A stretch of 63,424 nt of DNA, the filler included, from Octopus bimaculoides (Eukaryota): NCBI RefSeq assembly GCF_001194135.2. It is 7 parts of 6 records of this genome, joined end to end, with 100 filler letters (N's around TTAATTAATTAA, not from the genome) between each part and the next. Parts side by side here need not be neighbours in the genome. Positions count along the whole stretch, not along the records: positions 1 to 24,833 come from NC_069006.1; positions 24,934 to 42,865 come from NC_068998.1; 5 more parts are not named here. One strand, written 5' to 3'. Below the pieces are notes generated by a model, which had not been told where the DNA came from, ran no database searches, and saw only the letters and a list, made by a program, of their open reading frames with translations. Below, piece by piece: positions 12,991 through 25,659 of this stretch. The translations under genes and the position numbers were made by a program. How positions within the stretch are numbered: position 1 is the first letter of the stretch; every line of letters starts with the position of its first letter.

Positions 12991-14066
12991 ATGAAGAATT
13001 TAGTAAATGTTTTCAATATTTAGCTGGAGTGTAAAAACATGAATTAGCATGAAATTTAATGGAAGGTTTAAATTTAGATTAATTTAAAATGTAGTCATTT
13101 TATCCGAGACCCATGGGAAGTTGGAGATGGATTGGTATCAAAAGAATTAACAGAAATGATCCCTTCAGAAAAATCATTTAATGCTTCGAATTCTAAGCCA
13201 GATTTTTTTGGTACAACAGGTAAACCTACTTAACAGGCTAAGCATACTTCCCTCTTGCCTCTATAACCAGAATGACACTATCACACAGCAACACAATTCT
13301 CACACATACGTCAGACAATCAGACAATCTGCTATTGTTTCTGTTGATTAAAAATAATATCATCTATATATATATATATATATATATATTCTAGTTTTGTG
13401 ATTGCTTTGCTTTGATTAAAAATTACAAAATATTTTTAATTTATTATTTAAATTGATAAAATGAAATTAGCATTAAGAAATAATAATAATAATAAAAAAT
13501 AACTGTCAAAAACAAAAAAAATAAACAAATATAAAAAGCAGTGGGAAGGTCTTATCTAAATATGATATTTAGAATTTTATAGAATAATTTCATAGAGAAA
13601 AATCAATAGCAACAATAGAAAAGTTGGCAAAGAATATTGAAGAAAAACATTGAAGACAATAAGCTAAAGTAAACAGAGCAAAACAAATGTCTAAAATAAT
13701 TGATGGAAGAATGATGAAAACTGGAAAATGATCAATAGTGCAAACAAGGAAATTCTCAAAACAGCCTCCATGGATATAATCAAGAGATATTTTCTGAAGA
13801 AATAGTAAATTTCAGGCTGGTAAGAGGATGTTGGCTAAATAANNNNNNNNNNNNNNNNNNNNNNNNNNNNNNNNNNNNNNNNNNNNNNNNNNNNNNNNNN
13901 NNNNNNNNNNNNNNTTTTTTTTTTTTTTTTGCTTGTATTTCTTCCCCATTACCATTTCATTATCCCAATTTGCAGCCACATATGAATAGAAAACAAGTAC
14001 TCTTGTATACAATCCAATTTATTATATAACATTAACAGCATTATATTAATTTAATGCTAACATCGA

Positions 14067-14500
14067 TGCAGGCATGGCTGTGTGGTAAGAAGTTTGCTTC
14101 CCAACCACTTGGTTCCAGGTTCAGTGTCACTGCATGGTACCTTGGACAAGTGTCTTCTGCTATAGCCTCAGGCCAACCAAAGCTTCGTGAGTAGATTTGG
14201 TAGAAGGAAACTGAAAGCAGTGTGTGTGTGTGTGTGTGCGTGTGCGTGTGTGTGTGTGTGTGCGCGTGTGCGCGTGCGCGTGCGTGTGTGTGTGTCTATG
14301 CATGTGTGTTTTTGTATCTGTGTTTGTCCCCTACCACCACCTGACAACTGGTGCTGCTTTGTTTACATCTCTGTAACTTAGCAGTTCAGCAAAACAGACC
14401 AACAGAATAATTTGCAGCCTTAAAAATAGTTGGCCGGGTTGATTTGTTTGACTAAAACCCTTCAAGGAGGTGCCACACTCCAATAACTGAAACAAATAAA
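14067..14500 (+). mobile_element. SINE family A, full length, long (TG/CG)n core
   Basis: Canonical head at 14067 and tail ending GACTGAAACAAATAAAAG-like. Confidence 0.85.
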
Positions 14501-14509
14501 AGACAAGCA

Positions 14510-14759
14510 CAGGCATGGCTGTAACTGCATGGGTTCTGGGTTCAGTCCCACTGTGTGGCACCTTGGGTAAGTGTCTTCTTCTACAGCCCTGAGCAAACCA
14601 ATGCCTTGTGGGTAAATTTGTCAGACAGAGTCTATATGGAAAACCACCATACCTTTGCAATTCTGCAAAAGAGAAATGACAGAGTAGGCATCAGACTTAT
14701 AAAATAATGTACACCAAAGCAGTGCCCCAGCATGGCTGCAGCCCAATGACTGAAAGTAA
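14510..14759 (+). mobile_element. SINE family A, internally deleted
   Basis: Head CAGGCATGGCTG..GGGTTCAGTCCCACTG, unrelated middle, tail GTGCCCCAGCATGGCTGCAG. Confidence 0.7.
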
Positions 14760-15097
14760 AGGTCAAAAGGGTAAAGATCCCCCTCAGCCACGCATGACCA
14801 TGGGGTTGCACCTAGGAAGTTCCCCTCTGAGGCACAAGTCTGAGCAAGGTTGTTTATGGAAGACCAGGAGTTGCCCATGCATACTAATCACCCCTCTCCA
14901 CACCACTGATATTGTCAAAGGGAAAGGCCGATACAGCTTGGCACCAGTGACATCATAACTCATTTCTACAGCTGGGTGAACTGGAGCAACACGAAATAAA
15001 GTGTTTTGCTCAAGAATACAAAGTCCGGATTGGGAATCAAACTCACAACCCCATGACTGTAAGCCAACGCTCTAACCACTGAACTACGCACCTTTGC
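14760..15097 (-). mobile_element. Full-length tRNA-derived SINE (family E) with 14-bp TSD
   Basis: Minus-strand head GGTGCGTAGTTCAGTGGTTAGAGCG..GTGAGTTTGATTCCC; flanked by ATGACTGAAAGTAA at 14746-14759 and 15098-15111. Confidence 0.85.
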
Positions 15098-15814
15098 ATG
15101 ACTGAAAGTAAGAACAGATAAAAAAAAAAAGATCAACATTAAAGAAAATAAATCCTACTATACACAATGTAAATGAAGATAAAGAATTTTCCAATCAAAA
15201 AATTATTTCCTCACTGGAATCCCCAAATTTCCTTCTGGAATCCTGAAATTCCAGCCTACCAATTANNNNNNNNNNNNNNNNNNNNNNNNNNNNNNNNNNN
15301 NNNNNNNNNNNNNNNNNNNNNNNNNNNNNNNNNNNNNNNNNNNNNNNNNNNNNNNNNNNNNNNNNNNNNNNNNNNNNNNNNNNNNNNNNNNNNNNNNNNN
15401 NNNNNNNNNNNNNNNNNNNNNNNNNNNNNNNNNNNNNNNNNNNNNNNNNNNNNNNNNNNNNNNNNNNNNNNNNNNNNNNNNNNNNNNNNNNNNNNNNNNN
15501 NNNNNNNNNNNNNNNNNNNNNNNNNNNNNNNNNNNNNNNNNNNNNNNNNNNNNNNNNNNNNNNNNNNNNNNNNNNNNNNNNNNNNNNNNNNNNNNNNNNN
15601 NNNNNNNNNNNNNNNNNNNNNNNNNNNNNNNNNNNNNNNNNNNNNNNNNNNNNNNNNNNNNNNNNNNNNNNNNNNNNNNNNNNNNNNNNNNNNNNNNNNN
15701 NNNNNNNNNNNNNNNNNNNNNNNNNNNNNNNNNNNNNNNNNNNNNNNNNNNNNNNNNNNNNNNNNNNNNNNNNNNNNNNNNNNNNNNNNNATAATAATAA
15801 TAATAATAATAATA

Positions 15815-16307
15815 ATGGCAAGAATGATCCATTGGGAGTTATACAAAAGATGCCATGACAATGTGGCAAGAGTGATCCATTTAGAGCTGTGTGGAAATCA
15901 TGGTCTACAAAGAGCAATGACATGGTACAAGCAAACTCCAGAAGGAGACATCGAAAATGAGAATTGCAAAATCTTATGGGATGCAATGATCTAGTGCGAT
16001 CACCCAACAAGACAACAGAAACCGGACATTGTTGTGGTGAATAAAAAAGAAAGAATATGTATGATGATCAACATAGCATGCCCCAGTAAGCCAAGATGTA
16101 GATAAATGGCTGAAGGAGATTGAAATAGAATGCCTGGTAGAGCTCCTACAGAAAGTTTGCCTCTTAGGGACCACAAGGATTATCGGGGGGAGGGGGGTTA
16201 AGCACATGAAAAACTGCTGAAAATATGAGGATACCTAAGGTTACACATAAATCCTACCAGGAATAAGACCAAACCTGAGCTTTGTTTCTATAATAATAAT
16301 AATAATG
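15815..16307 (+). mobile_element. R4/Dong-clade LINE 3' fragment (RLE endonuclease) with (AAT)n tail
   Basis: HDNVARVIHLELCG, ENENCKILWD, KPDIVVV, INIACP, LQKVCLLGT. Confidence 0.9.
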
Positions 16308-17339
16308 GTTTCAAATTTAGGTACAAGGCCAGCATTTTAGTGGAGCTAATGAAACAAGAACCAGTTGAGCACTGGGAATGATGTAAATGACTAGTCCCTC
16401 CCCAAAAATTTCAGGCTTTGTGCCTATAATAGAAAGGCATATTACAGCTACAAACACAGTTTGGTGGATGTGGAGTTTGCTTCATAACCATATGGTCTCA
16501 GGTTCTAAACACTGTGTAGTACTACAAACAAGTGTCTTCTGCTTGTGAGTAGAACTGGTTGAGGGAAACTGTAAGGAAGCTGTGTGTGTGTGTGTGTGTA
16601 TGTGTGTGTGTATGTACGTGTGCATGCATGTGCAGGACAAAAAATATTTATTTCTAATGGGTTACATATTTCTTAGGACTGGCTGACAAATAAAAATAAA
16701 ACCAGGCTCAGTAATGTTGAACTGCCTTCAGATACAATTCATAAAGACAAGAAGGTTCATTCTTTCACTTGGTAGTGGAGCTGAGAGACAAAATGTATTC
16801 TTTCTTCCCCATTAGATTGTTAAGATCTTTTTAAATTTAATCAAATTACTGTTGAATTTATTTAACATTCTAATCTCACTATTTTCATCACCTGTGTTCC
16901 CTCTGTGCTGTTTATCTCCTAACTCAACAAGCAGATTTAGTAATTTTACTAACAAAATTTCCATAATTTAATTTCTTGTCAATCCATATCAGTTTTAATG
17001 ACTTATGCCCCAAGCAGATAGTGTTATATAAACTTAATAAAAGTTAATATTTTTATCACAGTAATATATTTGATTTTTTTTTTTAAATTGAATAAATAAA
17101 TCAAGCACACCAGTGTTTTACGTATACTTTTACACAAAAAAATTTATTTATCCATATAAACATGCTTAACACCTTCATAAACAGTCTCTCTAACAAATTT
17201 GATGATAGGAACTTTAGTTTTCAAAAACCACATCAGTGATTTTTCAAGATTTCATCTTTGGCTAATTGAATAACAAACTTATGTTCATATTTTTCTTTTA
17301 TCTAATCAAAGAGACATTTTCTTTCATTATTTTAGAGAG

Positions 17340-17481
17340 GGTCATGTGGTAAGAGGTTTGCTTCCTAATCATACGGTTCTGGGTTCAGTCTCACAGTATG
17401 GCACCTTGGGCAAATGTCTTCTATATCTTTGGGCTGCCCAAAGCCTTGAGTGGACTTGGTAGGTGGAACCTGAAAGAAGCC

Positions 17482-17516
<35 letters not shown>

Positions 17517-17725
17517 TCTGTGTTTGTCCCTCACCATTGCCTGACAACCAGTGTTGGTTTGTTTACATCCCATTAACTTAGCGGTTCCACAAAAGAGACC
17601 AACAGAATAAGTACCATGCTTTAAAAAAACAAGTACTGTGATCGATTCATTTGACTAAAAATTTTTCAAGGTGGTGCCCCAGCATGGTTGCAGTCTAATG
17701 ACTGAAACAAGTAAAAGATAAAAAG
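17340..17725 (+). mobile_element. SINE family A, near full length
   Basis: Head, (TA)n core and tail all present. Confidence 0.85.
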
Positions 17726-18920
17726 ATGACCTTCAACAGAAACTCCAAGAATGGGGTGGGGAAGGAAATCTGATTCATGAGTTACTGTAAGACAAAGCAA
17801 CACATCAGGATAAACTCAGACTGGAGAGCTTATCTCAGTACAAGAAAGATGACTCTACTGAAGGAACCCAAGGGCCAAGTGGTAAAATTAAACTGGATAA
17901 TCCAAATAATGGATTAAGTCAGCCACCAGTCCTAAAAAGTTACAGTCCCTTTAATGGGCTTCACACAGTTTCCAACTTACCATTTTCATGTACAATACTT
18001 TGGTTTGGCCAGAGGCTATGTTAGAAGATATTTGCCTAAAATACTGTCCACTGGAATTGAACTTCAGACCTTACACTCATATACTTCTTCTTTCATTTGT
18101 TTCAGTTTGTGTTTTGTGCTCACAACTTTAAACATAGAGACACTGGAAATTTGCTATCTGGCTTGCCTGATCAACCACCATTATCAGGCTACAAAGAACA
18201 TAGGAAAGCCTTAACCAGTTTGTTGCTACAGAGATTAATAATAAACTAATGCAAACACACACACAGAAATAATTCTAAGGAAAAACAATCAATAAACCTA
18301 AATAAATTACACAAAACAATGCAAGAACAAGGACATTATCAGATATAAATGGAAAACAACCATCAAAAAATACAAAATCTCAAACTTAACACACACACAC
18401 ACACACACACACATGTATGCAGGTGCTAACTTCCCATGATGCATCATGTTGTTGTCCAAAGGGTATCATAAAAACAAATATATTCATAATCTAAAAAAAA
18501 TTAAGAATGTTATTGAAGCGCAATGATAATACGTACTCTCTGAATATACAAGAGTCCTTAAACTGTTCGCTAGGATAAGGATCAAAGAACATGCATCATA
18601 ATAGGGAATTGCTTTCTGATAAATGTGTCCATCAAGCTTATGTTGTAAACCTTGGGGGGAAAATTATTAACTCGTATCCATCAGATTGACTTAACAGAAC
18701 AGTGAACCTCTCAAAGACACTAAAAATTCCTCATTTTACTGATGTGACAAATACACATGCAAACATAATCTTGATACTCCCAGAACTTCAACATGGAAGC
18801 TGGGATGATGGAAGAAGCTAGCTTTTAAAACAACAAAAATAAATATTGATTCCCTTTCATTTAATATTGAACCAATTCTATTATTTTAAGGGGAAGAGTG
18901 TGATGAGATGATACAGCTGT

Positions 18921-19720
18921 AGCATCATCATCATCATCATTTAACGTCCATTGTCCATGCTGGCATGGGTTGGACAGTTTGACCAGGGCTGGCAAGCTGG
19001 AAGGCTGCACCAGACTCCCGTCTGATTTGGCATGGTGTCTTTGGTTAGACACCCTTCCTAACACCAACCACTCCAAGAGTGTAATGGGTGCTTTTACGTG
19101 CTACCGGCATGGGTGCCAATTTGTGTGACACCAATACCTGCCACGACTGCAATTTTGCTCAGCTTGATGGGTCTTCTTTTCAAGCACGACATAATGCCAA
19201 AGGTCTCGGTCATTGCCTCCATGAGGCCCAACACTTGAAAGGAGCTCAACCACTTTGCTTCCGTGAGGCCCAATGCTCAAAAGGTGTTTTTTACATGCCA
19301 CCAGCATGGGTGCCAGTTACATGACACCAACATCAGCCATGACTGGGATTTCACTTGGCTTGACAGGTCTTCTCAAGCACAGCCTATTGCCAAAGGTCTT
19401 GGTCACTAGTCATTGTCTCTGTGAGGCCCAAAGTTCAAAGATTGTGCTTCACCACCTCATCCCACATCTTCCTGGGTCCACCACTCCCACAGGTCTCCTC
19501 CACAGAGATTGGCTCATCTTTACACAGTTGTCCTCGTCCATACATATCACATGACCATACCAGTGCAGCCGTCTCTCTTGCACACCACATCTGATGCCTC
19601 TTATGTCTAACTTTTCTCTCAAGATACTTACATTCTGTTGAATATGTACACTAACACAGCAATAATTCAAAATCGAATCCCTGGATACACAGTCAGACCT
19701 CATGAGCAAACTACCGCAGT
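18921..19720 (-). mobile_element. RTE-type LINE 3' end (RT C-terminus plus duplicated 3' UTR)
   Basis: Minus-strand LREKLDIRGIRCGVQERRLHWYGHV; about 190-bp internal duplication in the UTR; (ATG)n tail at 18921-18940. Confidence 0.8.
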
Positions 19721-19829
19721 TTCACATGACTGGTCTATTAGCAGACCAACCGGCATGTTTTCTCAAACATTCTAGAATTTTACTTCCAGTCTGCTATAAA
19801 AACCATTCAGCTCACATTTTTACCAGCCT

Positions 19830-20050
19830 GATGACCCAGGGAGACAGCTAAAACAGACAGTGCATATAAAGGACAGGAACCTCCATCGCCATGAATACAG
19901 CACAGTTGTTTGCAGTTATATTGGGCAAACCACATGTCATATCAATAGCTTGCTGCAAACTCTAAGCAATCTCTCTCTCTCTCTCTCAGAATGTAATTAT
20001 TGCAATTGTTATTTGTAGAAGGCCAACACATTTAATCATTATGTGTGATA
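19830..20050 (+). mobile_element. Possible Penelope-like GIY-YIG remnant
   Basis: In-frame YIGQT (TATATTGGGCAAACC) near 19917; remainder heavily decayed. Confidence 0.3.
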
Positions 20051-21179
20051 ATAAGATCTTCTGTTAAACGCTCACAGGTTCTGTTCAGTTACTTCTTCAA
20101 GCAATCCAAGGAACATATTTTCATTCATCAACTCAGACAGTCACCAACACAGACCAGACGAACAGACTATGACACAGCCTTAGTATATTATCGTTGAGAT
20201 TGTATTTTTGACCCCAGAAGGAATAAGATCAAAGTGAACACCAGCATAAGTTGAACTTAGAGAATAAAAGGGATAAAATTAAATATTATCAAGTATTTCA
20301 GTCTTCCACCCTCTGCTTTATTGATAAGAACCTATTGATATAAAATTACATATACACAATCAGGCAAGTTTAATAAAGGATGAGGGACAGAACTTATTTG
20401 GGAAAGAAAGAGGAATGTAATTTACAATTATTGTGAACACTAGGAAATTACATTTGTTTAGATAAATAGGAAACAACCATATTTGTTAGTAGTGTGCAAA
20501 GCACCTAAACTTTACACTCAAATCAATTAGATTGTATAAAATCTCTAATAGTTCAACAAGAGAGTGCACTTCAAACCTGTTTATGTAAACAAATTAAAAA
20601 TTCTACCTGGTAAGAAACATAGTAAATCTAATAGCAAAACTGAATTGGGTGAACAATACAGAAACTTTTTAAAAAATCATACAGACTAATTGAAACTGAA
20701 GAGCAGCTTAATAAACAACGATATACATAAAATGTGTATTAAAAAAGAGTAATTAAATTTGAAATATTAAATTCAGAATTGAATTTATAAAGCATCAAGA
20801 TTTAGGAAGTGAAAAAAAGGAAAACCTATAGACTTGAAGCAAAAATTACAAACACAATAACTAAATTTAACTTATAGCAATGATTTAATTTTTAATTATG
20901 GAACTAAAAATAAATGTAATTCATTTCCTTGACAATATTCAATATACAAAAGATGTTGGAACCATGCTAGAATCATTAATATATAAGAACCTTTCAGCTT
21001 TGAGTCAAATGTTCAACCAAGACATCATGAGGTCATATGCAGCTAATTGTACAAACAACTAAAATAATAACCTTTATTTTAATAGCAGAAAAAACTAGAT
21101 TTTTTTTTTTTTGTAGTCTTAGCAACACAAATTTCAACATTATTTTAGAGAAATATAACTTTTTCTTTTCTTACTAATG

Positions 21180-21830
21180 CATCATCATTTAACATCTGTT
21201 TTCCAATCTGTTATGGGTTGAGCAGTGTAACAAGAGCTAGCCAGCTGAGGAGATGCCCAGGCTCCATTTGTCTGTTTTGGCCATGGTTTTTACAGCTGGA
21301 TGCCCTTCCTAACACTAACCACTTTACATAGGGTACTGGGTGCTTTTAATGTGGCACTAGCACAAATGCTTTGAATATGGCACCGGCATAAATGCATTTA
21401 ATGTAGCATCAGCAGAAGTGCTTTCAACATGGCACTGGCATGAGTGTCTTCAATGTGACACTAGCACAGGTGCTTATCTATGTGGCACTGGCACTGGTGC
21501 TTTTGTACATAACGCCAGTGCGGGTACTTTCCTATGTGGCACTGGCATGGGTGCTTTTCTACATGACATCGAAACAGGTGCATTTTACATGGCACCAGCA
21601 CCTGTGAGCCTGCAAGACAAAGACCTTTCAGTGGAGAGAGAGGGAGTTGGGGTTATGGCCTAAAGGACACACCTGTATGCATAGACAGTCATGATTTTAC
21701 TTAACTTGGCGTGTCTTCTCAAGCACAACAAATCACCAGAAGTTACCGTCCCTTGTCATTTTCACAGTGAGGCCCAACAACTGAAGATCCTTTTCTCACC
21801 ACTTCATCACATGTATTCCTATGGCTACCC
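21180..21830 (-). mobile_element. RTE-type 3' UTR/tail copy containing an expanded minisatellite
   Basis: Homologous to 18921-19470 on both sides of the tandem array. Confidence 0.75.
21340..21603. repeat. Minisatellite, 10 diverged units of 26-27 bp (consensus about GTGCTTTTAATGTGGCACTGGCACAG)
   Basis: Units counted directly: six of 26 bp and four of 27 bp, total 264 bp. Confidence 0.85.
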
Positions 21831-23124
21831 CTTCCATACGTTGGATATTTATGCTAAATATCCAGCGTATTTATGCTAAAAGACATATTTATTTGAAAAT
21901 GTAAAAGAAGAGTGATTGGAGTGGGGAGTAGGAGATGACTGACAGAAGGCTAGTAATAATGAAACAGTAGACAGGAGAGGGATGAAAGTGGAGTTATGTT
22001 GAGTAAATTAGAGGAGTAGGTGAGGAAGAAAGAGGCAGGTATAGTGCATGAGGAGGGTGGGAGACATATGGTGGTGGGGAAGGAAAGACAAATAGTGTAC
22101 CAATAAGGCAGCCCTAAACTATTATGGTCATTAAGTAATGATTGATATGGAAAAAATGCCAAGGTCGAAAATAAATGCTTCTAAAATCAATTGTTTTCCA
22201 TAGAATACATTTTTGCTAATAAAATTTAACATTTTAACTCTTAAAAGAGAGTGGACAGGAATTTCTAGTTAAGGACTTCTATGAGATATTATTAGTAAAA
22301 GAAAACTTCAGCAGGAGAAAGTAAAAATAGTATCGACAGAAAGTATTTTCTATGATTCCTTTGTATGTTTCATTATTGCTTTTAGTATGCATTTTATGTT
22401 ATGCCTTAATAACATAGCTTAAACTTTTAGCCTGAAAGTCTTGCCATTCAGTTATCAAACCCACTTCAATGAGAGGCAAAGAACTATGACACAATTCAGC
22501 TATTCAATTTTAAAACATTCAGTTCTTCATCCATTACAAGTAGCCACCTAATAATAACATAGCATTTCCAATTCTTGTTTGAGGCATTACATCCACAAAA
22601 TGGGATTCATGCAGATAAAATTTACATCTACAATGTGAAATAAGTGGTTGTTGCAGACTCCTGCTAAAACTGAACCAATTCCAATAAAATACTAAATCCT
22701 GATAGTGTAACTTCAGTAAATGCATTCATATTTCAATTTCATATAATTGGAACCTCGTCTACAAACATGGCAACAGTTCAACTTGTTTTAAGTAGAAACT
22801 TGCCACAGGCAAGAGATGAGAATATGTCAACAAAAGTCTTATTAATTTTTGGTATTGATATTTCTTATTTTCTTTTTGCATACCACATCACTGAAACTGA
22901 ACTTATTCCTCATCAAAATAAAAGTATAACATGTGAACTGGGGTTATGGAAGGTCTAACTAGACTAGCTGGAAACATAAGAAAGTAAATACAATTGAAAA
23001 CTAAGACTGGAGCACTATCTACTTTTTACTTGAGTAAAGAGATTATTTCAGTTCAAAAACGAAAAACTTTTATAAAATTAAACTTTGTACATGTATTAAA
23101 TTAGATACTATTGTATTTCTTAAA

Positions 23125-23160
<36 letters not shown>

Positions 23161-23534
23161 AAGATAAAGTTTCATTTCTCTAGATATTTTGTTACTTGGA
23201 GTTGATCAGAAATGAATAAGATAAAATAACTCGGATTCTATCCAATTACTACATAACAAGCCCCTAAATAGCTATGCCCCACATTCAGCCAGTAATTCAT
23301 CTCAGTTCAAACCTTCATTTATTTCAGTTGACCCCACAGCTTATTTTAAAAACCTGAAGCACTGAGCTAAATTCAGTAGGGTTTTAACCACTGAACTCTT
23401 AGCAGTGGACTTGTTTCCAGCTGGCATCAGTTGCAGTATATAACACTGACTTCTTTACCAGCTCAACAACTTTTAGTGTCAGTATATTTAAAGTAATTTC
23501 AGTCAAAGTAGTTGTTGAATATCTAATGCTAAAT

Positions 23535-23985
23535 ATTGGTTTCAAATTTTGTCACAAGGCCAGCATTTTAGGGTAGGATGCTAGTCAATTACATCAACCC
23601 CAGTACTCAACAAGTACTTATTTTATCAACCCCAAATGAATGAAAGGTAAGGTTGACCTCAGTGTAATTTGAACTCAGAACACAAAGATAGTTGGAATGC
23701 CTCTAAGCATTTTGCTCAGCATGCTAACAATTCTGCCAGCTCACTGCTTTTCTAATACCAAATAGAGGTTACAAATTTTGGCATAAGGCCAGAAATGTTG
23801 AGGGGGGAGGGAAGCAAGATGATTACATCAACCCCAGTGCTCAACTGTTACTTATTTTATCAACCCCGAAAGGATGACAGGCAAAGTCAACTTGGGTATG
23901 ATTTGAATTCAGAACATAAAGATGGAGAAAATGTTGCTGAACATTTTGCCTGGTAAGCTAATAATCCTGCCAGTTCACTGCCTTT
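23535..23985 (-). mobile_element. Two tandem copies of tRNA-derived SINE family B
   Basis: Each unit runs GGTTTCAAATTTTG..CAAGGCCAGC..CAACCCCAGT..GAACTCAGAAC..GCCAGCTCACTGC and is followed by TTTCTAATACCAAATA. Confidence 0.8.
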
Positions 23986-24659
23986 CTAATACCAAATATT
24001 AAAAATTAGAATTGTGAATTATCATTAGCTAAGTTATATAACTGTTTTCTGTATTTAATCCTACTCAAAACAGAGTTTATTTCCTTGCATTATTGGCCTG
24101 TTTTTGTGTGATAACAATGGAATATTACTGTAAAATACCTACTTCAACAATTAAAATAGAATTTTCAAATTTACAAAACCATCCAACCGTTGCTACTAGC
24201 ATGGGAAATTATTACTAAGTGTTTTACAGTGATTCAGAGCTTGTGGCAAATATTCTAGAAAAAAAAACCAAAATCACAAAGTTCCACTCCCCCACCTGAA
24301 ACCATCTTACACTAATGCATGAGAATCACAACATACTACTTCTCGTTTTCCTAAAATATAAACCCTTAAGTAAGAAAAAAACCAATATTTCAATTACTCA
24401 TATTGAGATTAATAGTTCCATAAAAATTCTGAGATTAATTCAACAAAAAACTATTGCACTACATCCTTCACTCCTACTAAAACACTTATTTTAAAAAGTC
24501 GTCATTGAATAGTAATCTACAACAACATGGCAATAATGTCTTGTTAGAACTGTTTTACTTTCCACTCTATATGAAGATGCTTTTCTATCAGGACTTATCT
24601 TTCTCATACAAAGATGGCAAAACTGTTACTAGATCACTGTTGATAACAAGAATATATAA

Positions 24660-24833
24660 AAGTATGGCTGTTTGGTTAAGAAGCTTGCTTTGCAACCACA
24701 TGATTTCATGTTCAAACTCAGTGCATGGTACATTGGGTGAGTGTCTTTTACTATAGTCTTGGGCCAACTAAGGCCTTGTAGATGAATTTTCTAGATAGAG
24801 ACTATGCAGAAACCCATCATATATATATATATA
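24660..24833 (+). mobile_element. SINE family A, 5' half running into a gap
   Basis: GTATGGCTGTTTGGTTAAGAAGCTTGC head to (TA)n. Confidence 0.7.
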
Positions 24834-25044
24834 NNNNNNNNNNNNNNNNNNNNNNNNNNNNNNNNNNNNNNNNNNNNTTAATTAATTAANNNNNNNNNNN
24901 NNNNNNNNNNNNNNNNNNNNNNNNNNNNNNNNNCTTCCCTCATTAATACCATTTTTTTTGCATCATTCATCTCATTAATGTTATTGTCCAGCCCGCAGCT
25001 ACTACTTCTATGTAATGCCTTGATGGCAAATTGAATGAAATAAA

Positions 25045-25435
25045 GTAGCTTGCTTACCAACCACATGGTTCCGCGTTCAGTCCCACTGCGTGGCACCTTG
25101 GACAAGTGTCTACTAATATAGCAGTGGGCGACGAAACCCTTGTGAGTGGATTTGGTGGATGGAAACTGTAAGAAGCTTGTCGTATATATATATGTGTGTA
25201 TGTATGCGTGTGCGTATGTTTGTGTGTCTCTGTTTGCTCCCAACCCACAAACATCGCTTGACAACCGATGCTGGTGTGTTTACGTCCCCGTAACCTCGCG
25301 GTTCCGCAAAAGAGACCGATTGAATAAGTACTAGACTTACAAAGAATAAGTTCTGGGGTCGATTTGCTCGACTAAAGGCGGCGCTCCAGCATGGCCGCAG
25401 TCAAATGACTGAAACAAATAAAAGAATAAAAGAAT
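25045..25435 (+). mobile_element. SINE family A, CpG-intact copy
   Basis: GGTTCCGCGTTCAGTCCCACTGCGTGGCACC..AAGGCGGCGCTCCAGCATGGCCGCAGTC. Confidence 0.9.
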
Positions 25436-25659
25436 ACATATAAGTATTATGCAATGCAGAGAAAGTGAATCGTATTTTTAAACTTTATAACTTACGCGCG
25501 TATGTTATACATAATGATGCATATAGAAATCTCATTCAGAGCCTCCAAACCCAATGTTTAAGTTTTGCGCATTCATTCCAGGGAATTTACTACGTACGTA
25601 GCAAAATCTTAATCCTTTTATTTTCTAGGTCTTTGAAAATTACTTCATCAGACCACGCT

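Noticed and set aside
15040-15097. tRNA genes at SINE heads
   Set aside because: They have A/B-box similarity but no complete cloverleaf, and each continues into a SINE body
15173-16010. Long ORFs in the ORF track (also at 33.3, 40.2, 44.7, 48.8, 51.2 and 62.2 kb)
   Set aside because: Their length comes from N runs translated as X
17725-17990. Coding-looking frame DDLQQKLQEW..DKLRLESLSQYKKDDSTEG
   Set aside because: Contains an in-frame stop, lacks splice signals, is bounded by SINEs, and by recollection resembles a LINE 5' region; unverified
24878-24889. TTAATTAATTAA motif recurring between N runs (also 42910, 54359, 57926, 60002, 61268)
   Set aside because: In the copies counted it forms 44N + 12 bp + 44N = 100 bp, with stops in all six frames; an assembly gap spacer, not biology
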